Source of the DNA: Bacteroidota bacterium
GTDB lineage: Bacteria > Bacteroidota > Ignavibacteria > Ignavibacteriales > Ignavibacteriaceae
NCBI GenBank assembly: GCA_022573715.1
Contig: JACZTL010000005.1
Coordinates: forward strand, 7,265 to 71,264
DNA length: 64,000 bases
Direction of reading: 5' to 3'
A program made the translations under genes and the position numbers. Each line of letters starts with the position of its first letter. Positions within the stretch are counted from its first letter, which is position 1. Shown here piece after piece: positions 29,169 through 38,238 of this stretch. The notes below the pieces were generated by a model. The model was not told the DNA's origin. It did no database searches and worked only from the letters and a program-made list of their open reading frames with translations.

Positions 29169-29944
29169 CTTTGAAAGAAGAACTAAAAAAAATACTGAGA
29201 ATAAGTGATTTAAATTTTAGTAATGTTTTTCAAAATTTTAATTTTGAAATTGAAGCGGAACAAAGTTCTATAAACTGCATCCTTTGTTTTGATAATTCTG
29301 CATCTGTTTTACTAAAAATTATTGGCAATGTTGAAGATAACTTCCAAGGTGAAATAAATATAGACAATGAAAAATCAATCGCTGTATACATTCCGGCAGA
29401 AGCATCTTCATTACCTTGGCTTAACGTAGAAGAAAATGTGAAATTTGTTATCAACAATTCTAAATATTCTGTTGACATTTCAAATGAGCAAATTAAAAAT
29501 ATAATTGAATCGGTTGGACTTAAAGGATATGAAAAGCATTTCCCAGATAATCGTAGTCTGGGTTTTAGATTCCGTATTTCGCTTGCAAGAGCTTTGGTGC
29601 TTCGACCTGCCCTAATTCTTATAGATAATTCATTTCATAAAATTGATGACGAAACAAAATTTGAACTTTATGACTTGTTAAAGGAGGTATCTTCAATTTA
29701 TAATGTTTCTGTTTTATTAGCTTCTACTGATATTAACGAAGCAATTTACTTGTCAGAAAATATTTATTTGGTGAAAGGAGAAAAAGCAGAAATAATTGAG
29801 CGAATAAATCTGAAAGAAGAGTGGCAAAAATTATCGGAAGAAAACAGAAATAACAGACAAATAATATTGAAAGAAAAAATATTAAAATCTTTTTTAGTGA
29901 ATGATGTAAACAATATCCTCGAATCTCAAATAAGGGATAAGTGA
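29159..29944 (+). CDS. ABC ATPase-like protein with degenerate catalytic motifs (pseudo-NBD)
   Basis: NBD-like length and order, but every catalytic motif is changed. The Walker A position reads CFDNSASV, the signature reads RSLGFRFR, Walker B reads LILIDNSF and the H-loop reads ASTD. The flanking framework is conserved ([40 protein letters not shown]). Confidence 0.6.
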   Translation: MGIALKEELKKILRISDLNFSNVFQNFNFEIEAEQSSINCILCFDNSASVLLKIIGNVEDNFQGEINIDNEKSIAVYIPAEASSLPWLNVEENVKFVINNSKYSVDISNEQIKNIIESVGLKGYEKHFPDNRSLGFRFRISLARALVLRPALILIDNSFHKIDDETKFELYDLLKEVSSIYNVSVLLASTDINEAIYLSENIYLVKGEKAEIIERINLKEEWQKLSEENRNNRQIILKEKILKSFLVNDVNNILESQIRDK

Positions 29945-31488
29945 TGGATAAAAAAATTGAAGAACTGAAAAAGAAAAAAGCAAAAACCAAATTAGGCGGT
30001 GGTAAAGAAAGAATAAAAAAACAGCACGATAAAGGCAAACTTACAGCCCGTGAAAGAATAGAATTGCTGGTTGACGAAGGTTCGTTTGATGAAATTGATA
30101 TGTTCGTAAAGCACCGTGCTCGTGCATTCGGACTTAACAAGCAACATTTTCCTGGTGACGGTGTAGTTACCGGGCTTGCTCTAATAGACGGAAGACCTGT
30201 TGTTCTTTACAGCCAAGATTTTACTGTTTTCGGCGGCTCACTATCCGAGACTAACGCAGAAAAAATATTAAAAATAATGGAGATTGCACTAAAAAACGGA
30301 ATGCCTATTATCGGACTAAATGATTCCGGTGGAGCGAGAATTCAGGAAGGCGTTGCTAGTCTTGGAGGATATGCAGAAATATTTTTACAAAATACACTTG
30401 CATCAGGTGTTGTACCGCAGATTTCTGCTATTATGGGACCCTGTGCAGGAGGTGCAGTTTATTCTCCGGCAATAACTGATTTTATTTTTATGGTAAAAAA
30501 TACGAGTCATATGTTTGTTACAGGGCCTAATGTTGTAAAAACAGTAACACATGAAAAAGTTAGCTTTGAAGATTTGGGAGGTGCGGATACTCACGCCACC
30601 AAAAGCGGAGTTGCTCACTTTACTTCTGAAAATGAAATTGAAACTTTATTAAATATTAGAAAGCTGTTAAGTTATTTACCTTCAAATTTTATGGACAGAC
30701 CCAAAGATCTTTCATTTGATTTTTCAAAATTGGAAAGGGACGAAAAATTAAATAAGATCATTCCGGAACAGTCTACCAAACCGTACGATATGAAGGGAGT
30801 AATTTCTTGTTTAGTTGATGATGAAGATTTTTTTGAAGTTCATAGCAGATATGCACAAAATATTATTGTAGGATTTTCAAGAATAGGTGGAATGTCACTT
30901 GGAATTGTAGCAAATCAACCTATGGTTTTAGCCGGTGTTCTTGACATTGATGCATCAATAAAAGGAGCAAGGTTTGTAAGGTTCTGTGATGCATTTAATA
31001 TTCCTTTATTGGTTCTGGAAGATGTCCCGGGATTTTTACCGGGCACTGCCCAGGAATGGGGCGGAATTATTAAACACGGCGCTAAACTGCTTTATGCATT
31101 CTGCGAAGCAACCGTTCCAAAAGTTACAGTTATTATACGTAAAGCATACGGTGGGGCATATGATGTGATGAATTCAAAACATATTCGTAGTGATTTTAAT
31201 TTTGCGTGGCCATCTGCAGAGATTGCAGTAATGGGTCCGAAAGGCGCTGTAGAAATAATATTCAAAAAGGATATTGCTAAAGCAAAAAACCCTAAAGCCG
31301 TACTTGAAAAGAGAACAGAAGAATACAAAGAAAAATTTGCAAACCCATATATTGCAGCAGAAAGAGGTTTTATTGACGACGTAATAGAACCTGCAGAAAC
31401 TAAAATAAAACTAATTAAATCGTTTAAGATGCTTAAAAACAAAGTGGATAAAAATCCAAAGAAAAAACACGGAAATATTCCACTTTAA
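29941..31488 (+). CDS. acyl-CoA carboxylase carboxyltransferase subunit (propionyl-CoA carboxylase beta / methylmalonyl-CoA decarboxylase alpha type)
   Basis: [45 protein letters not shown] and AYGGAYDVM are typical of the family. ATG at 29944 is the likely start. Confidence 0.9.
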   Translation: MMDKKIEELKKKKAKTKLGGGKERIKKQHDKGKLTARERIELLVDEGSFDEIDMFVKHRARAFGLNKQHFPGDGVVTGLALIDGRPVVLYSQDFTVFGGSLSETNAEKILKIMEIALKNGMPIIGLNDSGGARIQEGVASLGGYAEIFLQNTLASGVVPQISAIMGPCAGGAVYSPAITDFIFMVKNTSHMFVTGPNVVKTVTHEKVSFEDLGGADTHATKSGVAHFTSENEIETLLNIRKLLSYLPSNFMDRPKDLSFDFSKLERDEKLNKIIPEQSTKPYDMKGVISCLVDDEDFFEVHSRYAQNIIVGFSRIGGMSLGIVANQPMVLAGVLDIDASIKGARFVRFCDAFNIPLLVLEDVPGFLPGTAQEWGGIIKHGAKLLYAFCEATVPKVTVIIRKAYGGAYDVMNSKHIRSDFNFAWPSAEIAVMGPKGAVEIIFKKDIAKAKNPKAVLEKRTEEYKEKFANPYIAAERGFIDDVIEPAETKIKLIKSFKMLKNKVDKNPKKKHGNIPL

Positions 31489-31600
31489 TAATTTACTTTT
31501 TGTTCATTTGCAAAGATTAAAAACAAATACTTAATTGTATACTTGATATAAACTATTTTAACTTGTATATTTAACAATGAGTTAAATATTTGGAGAACTA

Positions 31601-34384
31601 ATGCTTAAAAAGATACTTATTATTTTACTGCTATTTATTTTTATAATATTTTTAGATTCTTGCGGTACTAATACTGAAATAATTCAAGATCAAAAGATAG
31701 ATACCGCTAAAATAAATACAAATGAAATTATATCTCAATTATTAGAACAGGCAAGACAGGACTATCTGACAGCATTAGAAAAACAGAAGACCGATAGTGA
31801 GGTAAAAGTAATTGATTATTTTGAATCAGCATTGAATACAATTAGTAGTTTAAGTTATTATCCGGGCATTGAAGATAATGAAGCCTATAATGAATTAGAA
31901 AATTCTATAGTAGAAGATTATAAAAGTTTTCTGGATAAACTTGATAAAATACCTACTGATGTTTCAATTTCTGCTTTGGATGAATGGATGAGTAAATCGA
32001 TTCCTGAAATTGAATTTACTGCAAAAAAAACTACAATAAAAAGAAAAAAATTCGAACCTTCCGGTTACAATTCTGAAATTCCCCTTGAAATAAATCCAAT
32101 TGTTCAGCAATGGCTCGATTATTTTCAAAATAAAGGAAGTGGGGTAATAAAAAGATGGTTTGAACGCTCAGGAAGATATTTCCCTATGATGGAAAAGATT
32201 TTCAGAGAAGAAGATGTTCCGAGACAGCTTTTATACCTTAGTATGGTTGAAAGCGGTTTAAACCCAAGAGCGCGTTCTTGGGCAAGAGCCGTTGGAATGT
32301 GGCAGTTTATAAGAGGCACAGGAAAATTGTACGGTTTAAAATCAGATTTTTATGTTGATGACAGAAGAAATCCACAACTTTCTACTAGAGCTGCAGCAAA
32401 ACATTTGAAGGACCTATATAATGAATTAGGTGATTGGTATTTGGCAATAGCAGCATATAATTCAGGAACTGGATGGATAAAGAGAGCAAAAAATAGATCA
32501 GGAGGGGATGAATTTTGGTCCATTAGATGGTTTTTACCAAGAGAAACAAGGAATTATGTTCCTCAATATATTGCCGTATGCATTATTGCTACAAATCCAG
32601 TAAAATACGGTGTTAAGGATTTGGAATATAAAAAGCCATTTGTATATGATAAATTTCTTGTAAAAGGAGCTATTGATATGCATTATTTGGCTTCAATTGC
32701 CGGTACATCTTTAAAAACTCTACGCAATATGAATCCCGAATTAACACAACAAAGTACGCCTACAGCAAAACGAGGTGGATATTATCTGAAAATTCCCAAA
32801 GGTTCTATTAAGAGATTCGCAAAGGGAATGCAAAACATTCCTAAAAGTGCAAGAGTTCATTTCTTATTTCATACTATTAGAAGGGGAGAAACATTATCCG
32901 GAATTGCACATCGTTACAGAATATCTACCAATAAGTTAGCCGATGCAAATAATATATCTAGACGATCAAGGATTTATGTTGGTCGTAAATTAAAAATTCC
33001 TGTTCTTAATGTTTTAAAACAGAATTATGCTTATAACCCGGATTTAACAACAGCAGTTGATAAAAATTCGCAGACTTACAAAGAGTCAATAGTAAATAAC
33101 CAAGATATTGCAGTCGATGATCTGCCAAAGATCAATCAGAATTACATTGTACCTGATGGTTTTGTTTCTGTTGATTACACCGTAAAGAGGAAGGACAGTT
33201 TAATAGGAATCGCGGATCTTTTTGAAGCAAGAGTAATTGACATTAGAAACTGGAATAACATACCTTATACTTCATCGTTTATAATAGGACAAAAATTAAA
33301 AATTTATGTGCCCAAGGAAAAGAAAGACTATTTTGTAAAATTGAACGAAAAGAATAAAGATACACTTTTCACTGTAATTCCTGTCATCAAAAAGAGTAAA
33401 GGCAGATGGCAATACCATAGAATAAGATACGGTGAAAGTCTCTCCACAATCGCAGAGAATTATGGTGTAAATGTTAGAAGGCTTAAAAGTTGGAACGGAC
33501 TGAGAAGCAGCAGAATCTATGTTGGCAAGCGATTAAGAATTTACGGTTTTGAAAGGAATTATGTAAGAAAAAAAGTAGCAGCTAAAAAAAATACACCAAA
33601 AGGAAGGTACACTTTATATAAAGTAAAAAAGGGGGATACCGTTGGTGAACTTTCGGAAAAGTTTAATGTATCTGTACGTGATATAAAAAGTTGGAACAAT
33701 CTAAGAACAAGCAGAATTGTTGCAGGCAAAAATTTAAGGATATACAATATTAAAAAAATTGTAATAACCAAAAAAGCAAAAACAACAAAAACAAGAAAAC
33801 AAGAACCGAATGATAAAAATATAATTTATTATACTGTTCACGAAGGTGACGCAATAAGTATAATTGCAGAAAAATTTGCCGTTTCAATTTCTGATATAAG
33901 AAAGTGGAACGGACTTAGTTCAAATAAAATAAGATACGGTAAAAAATTAAAAATAGTTTTAGAACCTGAGAAAAAAGTTGCTCAAATAAATTCTGAAAAA
34001 ATAAAAAAAGATAAAACAAAAAAAGAAAAACCTGTAAAAGGAATTTATGTTTTGGTAAAATCAGGAGACACAATAAGCCAAATTGCCGAAAAATATAACG
34101 TCTCTTCTAAAGAAATAAGAAACTGGAATAAATTAAAGGGCAATAAAATTATTGCAGGCAAAAAACTTAATATAATTCCAAGACCAAAACCCATTACAAA
34201 AGAATTAAAAAACAGCACTCAAGCCATTGTGAAAAATAACGGAAAAAAAATTCACATTGTTAGTAACGGAGAATCCCTCTGGACAATTGCAAGACAATTT
34301 AACACTTCAATAAAAAAGCTAAAAGAAATAAACTCTTTATACTCAAATAAACTTATTATAGGACAGGAGCTAATTGTTGAGTGA
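31601..34384 (+). CDS. MltD-like lytic transglycosylase lipoprotein with seven LysM domains
   Basis: Lipoprotein signal (LDSCG). SLT catalytic region ([25 protein letters not shown]...AAYNSG). Seven LysM repeats of the form Y.V..GD(T/S)L..IA......(I/L)..WN.L....I..G..L.I. Confidence 0.85.
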   Translation: MLKKILIILLLFIFIIFLDSCGTNTEIIQDQKIDTAKINTNEIISQLLEQARQDYLTALEKQKTDSEVKVIDYFESALNTISSLSYYPGIEDNEAYNELENSIVEDYKSFLDKLDKIPTDVSISALDEWMSKSIPEIEFTAKKTTIKRKKFEPSGYNSEIPLEINPIVQQWLDYFQNKGSGVIKRWFERSGRYFPMMEKIFREEDVPRQLLYLSMVESGLNPRARSWARAVGMWQFIRGTGKLYGLKSDFYVDDRRNPQLSTRAAAKHLKDLYNELGDWYLAIAAYNSGTGWIKRAKNRSGGDEFWSIRWFLPRETRNYVPQYIAVCIIATNPVKYGVKDLEYKKPFVYDKFLVKGAIDMHYLASIAGTSLKTLRNMNPELTQQSTPTAKRGGYYLKIPKGSIKRFAKGMQNIPKSARVHFLFHTIRRGETLSGIAHRYRISTNKLADANNISRRSRIYVGRKLKIPVLNVLKQNYAYNPDLTTAVDKNSQTYKESIVNNQDIAVDDLPKINQNYIVPDGFVSVDYTVKRKDSLIGIADLFEARVIDIRNWNNIPYTSSFIIGQKLKIYVPKEKKDYFVKLNEKNKDTLFTVIPVIKKSKGRWQYHRIRYGESLSTIAENYGVNVRRLKSWNGLRSSRIYVGKRLRIYGFERNYVRKKVAAKKNTPKGRYTLYKVKKGDTVGELSEKFNVSVRDIKSWNNLRTSRIVAGKNLRIYNIKKIVITKKAKTTKTRKQEPNDKNIIYYTVHEGDAISIIAEKFAVSISDIRKWNGLSSNKIRYGKKLKIVLEPEKKVAQINSEKIKKDKTKKEKPVKGIYVLVKSGDTISQIAEKYNVSSKEIRNWNKLKGNKIIAGKKLNIIPRPKPITKELKNSTQAIVKNNGKKIHIVSNGESLWTIARQFNTSIKKLKEINSLYSNKLIIGQELIVE

Positions 34385-34465
34385 TTAAATATTTCGTACA
34401 TTAAAAGTAAATTTTAGCGGGGTTTTTATGAAATTATTATTTCCTTTCATTTTCTCATTTCTTTT
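34289..34465 (+). repeat. direct repeat copy 1 (3' end of the mltD-like gene plus downstream sequence)
   Basis: Aligns with 35259-35437 at an offset of 970-971 bp. A 70-bp core is identical (34373-34442 = 35344-35413). The coding-side flank has scattered mismatches and one indel. Confidence 0.85.
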
Positions 34466-34545
34466 TATAGTAAATATTAGTTATTCTGATGTGCCTGTGC
34501 AAGGACAATGAATATATACGGACGTCACCATCCAGCCAAAAATAC

Positions 34546-34581
34546 TTGACAAATACGTATATTATATACATATTAGTACGT
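34546..34581 (+). promoter_or_regulatory. putative promoter/operator of the TA cassette
   Basis: TTGACA at 34546-34551 is followed by an AT-rich -10 region. A 13-bp palindrome gtatat-t-atatac (34557-34569) is nested in acgta...tacgt (34555-34581). The antitoxin ATG lies ~25 nt downstream. Confidence 0.3.
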
Positions 34582-34592
34582 GCAAACTAATT

Positions 34593-34847
34593 TTGAGGAA
34601 GATTATGGATACTAAACTGACATTAAAGTTAGATAAATCAATTATTGATAAGGCTAAAGAATATGCTAAGGGGAAAAACATTAGTCTTTCAAAAATGATC
34701 GAGAATTATTTACAGGTTTTGACTAATAAACGAAATAGAGGAGTTAAAATTTCGCCATTAGTTGATAGTCTGATTGGAGTAATTAAGCTCCAAGAAAAAG
34801 ACTACAAAAAGGACTACACAAATTACTTATCCAAAAAATACAAATAA
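34593..34847 (+). CDS. DUF6364-like antitoxin
   Basis: MDTKLTLKLDKSIIDKAKEYAKGKNISLSKMIENYLQ fits the small DUF6364/RHH-like antitoxin pattern. The likely true start is ATG 34605, preceded by GAGGAAG. The stop overlaps the PIN gene start (ATAATG). Confidence 0.6.
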   Translation: MRKIMDTKLTLKLDKSIIDKAKEYAKGKNISLSKMIENYLQVLTNKRNRGVKISPLVDSLIGVIKLQEKDYKKDYTNYLSKKYK

Positions 34848-35257
34848 TGGATAAAGTATTAGTCGACACAAATATTGTTATTGACCTTTTAACTAAACGT
34901 AAAGAGTTTTATAAGCCTGCAAGTAGATTATTTACTTTATCAGATAACAAAGAAATAAAACTTGCGATATCTTCACTAACTTTTGCAAATACATTTTATT
35001 TGGTTTCGAAAGAATTGAATACAACGAAAGCAAAAGAAATTTTAAGGAAATTTAAACTTCTTGTAAAAGTACTACCGATGGATGATAAAATTATTGATTT
35101 GTCTTTAAATTCTGATTTTAAAGATTTTGAGGATGCAATACAATATTTTACTGCATTAGAGAATAAAATTGGAATTATTATAACTCGGAATTTGAAGGAT
35201 TTTAAGCTATCAAAAATTCCGGTAATGACAGCAGATGATTACTTGACAATGAAATAA
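34847..35257 (+). CDS. PIN-domain (VapC-like) toxin
   Basis: N-terminal VLVDTNIVIDLL with acidic residues placed as in PIN domains (D..E..D). 136 aa, translationally coupled to the upstream small gene. Confidence 0.8.
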   Translation: MDKVLVDTNIVIDLLTKRKEFYKPASRLFTLSDNKEIKLAISSLTFANTFYLVSKELNTTKAKEILRKFKLLVKVLPMDDKIIDLSLNSDFKDFEDAIQYFTALENKIGIIITRNLKDFKLSKIPVMTADDYLTMK

Positions 35258-35258
35258 T

Positions 35259-35437
35259 GCAAGACAGTAACAACACTTCTATAAAAAAGTTGAAAGAAAT
35301 AAACTCTCTATACTCAAACAAACTTATTATCGGTCAGGAACTTATTGTTGAGTGATTAAATATTTCGTACATTAAAAGTAAATTTTAGCGGGGTTTTTAT
35401 GAAATTATTATTTTCTATCTTATTTTCTTTTCTTTAC
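35259..35437 (+). repeat. direct repeat copy 2 (non-functional duplicate of the mltD-like 3' end)
   Basis: Begins 2 nt after the PIN stop. It encodes a remnant of the last LysM (..[27 protein letters not shown]) but with an early stop (gca aga cag taa). Confidence 0.85.
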
Positions 35438-35968
35438 TCGGAAGAGTATTCAGCTAATTTTAACGCAGAAGAATTAACTTCAGTTGTGTGTGTTTTTACA
35501 AGCTTAAAAAAAATAATCTTGCAGTATAGTTTAATAAATGTTTTATACGAATCTGCAAGTTAAGTAATAATTAGGAAACAGGAATTATTGATTACGTAAT
35601 TTAGAACGCTAAGCCCATTACTTAATAAAAGAATAATAAAATGGACACTTTGCAGAAATCAATACAAAATTCAGAACATTTCTTTTCTGAATATCAGATT
35701 ATTTTTTGGTCTCTTTTGGCCATCATATTAATTCCTTTAGCCGTACACTATCTTCAAAATAGGAAAGAAAAAAAAAAGACTCTTACATACATTTCGTGGA
35801 GGTAAATGGTATAAGGCATTAGGTATTACTTATCATCTATTTAAAGAAGCCAGACCTTATAGCAAATATTTTCATCGTGATGAAATCGAAAATATAATCC
35901 TAGAAAAAATCAACAACAAAAAAGATATTGTTCTTCTAGGCGCTCCCCTGCGAGGCAAAACCAGAACA

Positions 35969-37825
35969 ATGGTAGAGTGCATACGACAGCTTAAAAACAC
36001 ATTTGTATTAATCCCTTATCCTTCCGATTATAACACCGAAATTATATTTCCAAGGCAACACCTTCTTAGAAGAAAAAACAGAATTGTTGTTTTCAATGAT
36101 CTACAAAAATTCTTTGAGCCTGGCAAAGACATTTTGAAACTTATTGACAAAATAAAGGAACAAGATTGGCATATACTAGCTAATTGCAGAACAGTAGAAG
36201 AATGGGAAACCGTAAAACGTCTTTGGGGTATTTCATCGAACATATTAGAGCCGATTGAAATTCCAGAAGTAGATGAAAATTTTGCTTTGCAGGTTGCCGC
36301 GCTCAATGGAATTCCTCTTCCATCTTATTTCGATCGCAAAAATATTGGAACCATATTTGTCAATCTTGATGAAATGCGGCTAAGGTATAATTCCAAAATA
36401 TCCAACACTCAAAAACAAATACTTATCGCAATTAAAAAACTTTTATTTGTTGGAGTTAATAATTCAAAAGGAGAAATACTATTGTCATCAATAAAAGAGC
36501 TGACTGGCTTGCTCCCTTTACAGTTAACTGATCCTGAATGGCTAGACAATCTGACGGGTATAATTGAAAAAGGATTTGTTTCCGGATCGCATTTAGCAGT
36601 GGTTCCCGAACAGGTCTATTTCGACCTTATTATTGAGCCTCAACTTTCAATCGGAGATATCATAAATGACATTATAAAAATATCTGGAGAGAACAATCGA
36701 GTTTTAAACAAGCTGATCTACTCAGCTGAAACATCAGAAAAGGCAATCGATATTATTCGGGAATTTCAAAAAGCGAGCATCAAGCTTGATGTCTACCACT
36801 ATAATATAGCAATAGCTAAGCAAAAAAGTGAAAGGGAAGGGAAAAGATTATTGGATGAAATGATAAAAAAGGGAATTCCACCCGATGTAGTTACATACAC
36901 TACTCTCATCCATCTCTGCAAGGATTATAATTTAGCCGTTGCTCTCAAAACTGAAATGATAAAAAAGGAAATTGCGCCCAATGTTATTACATACTCTACG
37001 CTTATCAATCTCTGCAAGGATTATAATTTAGCCGTTTCCCTCAAAAATGAAATGATAAAAAAGGGAATCGCGCCCAATGTAGTTACATACACTACTCTCA
37101 TCCATCTCTGCAAGGATTATAATTTAGCCGTTGCTCTCAAAACTGAAATGATAAAAAAGGGAATCATGCCCGATGTAGTTACATACACTACTCTCATCCA
37201 TCTCTGCAAGGATTATAATTTAGCCGTTGCTCTCAAAACTGAAATGATAAAAAAGGAAATTACGCCCGATGTAGTTACATACAATACTCTCATCCATCTC
37301 TGCAAGGATTATAATTTAGCCGTTGCTCTCAAAACTGAAATGATTAAAAAGGGAATCACGCCCGATGTAGTTACATACAATACTCTCATCCATCTCTGCA
37401 AGGATTATAATTTAGCCGTTGCTCTCAAAACTGAAATGATTAAAAAGGGAATCACGCCCGATGTAGTTACATACAATACATTATTAGAAAAAGCTGAAAA
37501 TGAAGGAGATACAATTAAATGGATTATTGAATTTTGCTCAACAGACCTTATTCCCAATGCAAGAACTGCAGCAAGCCTTGAAAAAGCTATTCCCTTGTTT
37601 GTCGCAAGTTCAAGATTAAATGAAATGTTTGACATGTTGCTTCGTTTCAACCCAATATTGTTTTTCAGTTTGATTAGTAATTTTGATATTGATATAGTAA
37701 GCAAATTCATCTTAGAATTCCCTACCGAAATAAAATCTACAGATTTTAATAAACTTGGATTTGTTAATTATTATCTTCACCAAAAAAGGACTGATTTAGC
37801 GAAGAATTTTCTAGATATATGTTAA
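35969..37825 (+). CDS. largest intact ORF of the disrupted NTPase/PPR-like gene
   Basis: ORF-track entry of 618 aa. Contains a Walker-B-like IVVFNDL, a helical middle domain and the tandem repeats VVTY(T/N)TLIHLCKDYNLAVALKTEMIKKGI.P(D/N). Confidence 0.6.
   Translation: MVECIRQLKNTFVLIPYPSDYNTEIIFPRQHLLRRKNRIVVFNDLQKFFEPGKDILKLIDKIKEQDWHILANCRTVEEWETVKRLWGISSNILEPIEIPEVDENFALQVAALNGIPLPSYFDRKNIGTIFVNLDEMRLRYNSKISNTQKQILIAIKKLLFVGVNNSKGEILLSSIKELTGLLPLQLTDPEWLDNLTGIIEKGFVSGSHLAVVPEQVYFDLIIEPQLSIGDIINDIIKISGENNRVLNKLIYSAETSEKAIDIIREFQKASIKLDVYHYNIAIAKQKSEREGKRLLDEMIKKGIPPDVVTYTTLIHLCKDYNLAVALKTEMIKKEIAPNVITYSTLINLCKDYNLAVSLKNEMIKKGIAPNVVTYTTLIHLCKDYNLAVALKTEMIKKGIMPDVVTYTTLIHLCKDYNLAVALKTEMIKKEITPDVVTYNTLIHLCKDYNLAVALKTEMIKKGITPDVVTYNTLIHLCKDYNLAVALKTEMIKKGITPDVVTYNTLLEKAENEGDTIKWIIEFCSTDLIPNARTAASLEKAIPLFVASSRLNEMFDMLLRFNPILFFSLISNFDIDIVSKFILEFPTEIKSTDFNKLGFVNYYLHQKRTDLAKNFLDIC
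36791..37558 (+). repeat. tandem array of 8 x 96 bp coding repeats (32-aa PPR-like motifs)
   Basis: Unit starts are 36791, 36887, 36983, 37079, 37175, 37271, 37367 and 37463. Units at 37271 and 37367 are identical over 96/96 nt. The six central units are near-identical and the outer two are diverged. Confidence 0.9.
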
Positions 37826-38238
37826 ACGCATAATTATTACTTTTATAAGTATTCTGGAAATTATTGGTACCAGACTGGTGATGGAGCACGAGCGGAAGAA
37901 AATTATAAAAAAGCGGTTACACTTTCAGAAAACGAAATACAACGGGCAAGAATTTATAATAAATTAGCAGAACTTATTAAAGATCTCAACATAAATAATA
38001 AAATTGATGAGGCAATTGAATATTGCAAGCAATCTATTTACATCCAACCGGATAATTCGCCTGAAGCAAAGCAACTATTAACTTTTTTTACTATTGAATT
38101 TAATTCAATAGATGACTTATCAGAAAAAATAAAAGAACTTAAGATTAAATATAAAATTGGTAAAAAGACTATTTCAGTGGCATTAAGTGATATCAATGAT
38201 GAAATAAAAAAAAGTTTAATTAGAGAATATTTTTTATG

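Noticed and set aside
34428-34511. Small MKLLF... ORFs at the end of each direct-repeat copy (34428-34511 and 35399-35563)
   Set aside because: They diverge immediately after ~5 codons, have no SD and are not conserved between the copies. They probably represent the disrupted start of a former downstream gene rather than functional genes.
36791-37558. Regular 96-bp repeats as a possible CRISPR array or non-coding satellite
   Set aside because: The units are contiguous with no spacers, sit in one open reading frame and encode a coherent 32-aa helical repeat. No cas genes are nearby.
36791-37558. Repeats as ordinary TPR, Sel1 or TALE repeats
   Set aside because: The V(V/I)TY(N/T/S)TLI start and the M...GI.P(D/N) end match the PPR consensus much better than the TPR (W-L-G-Y-A-F-A-P pattern), Sel1 or TALE (LTPxQVVAIAS) consensus. 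The 32-aa length still needs a profile-based check.
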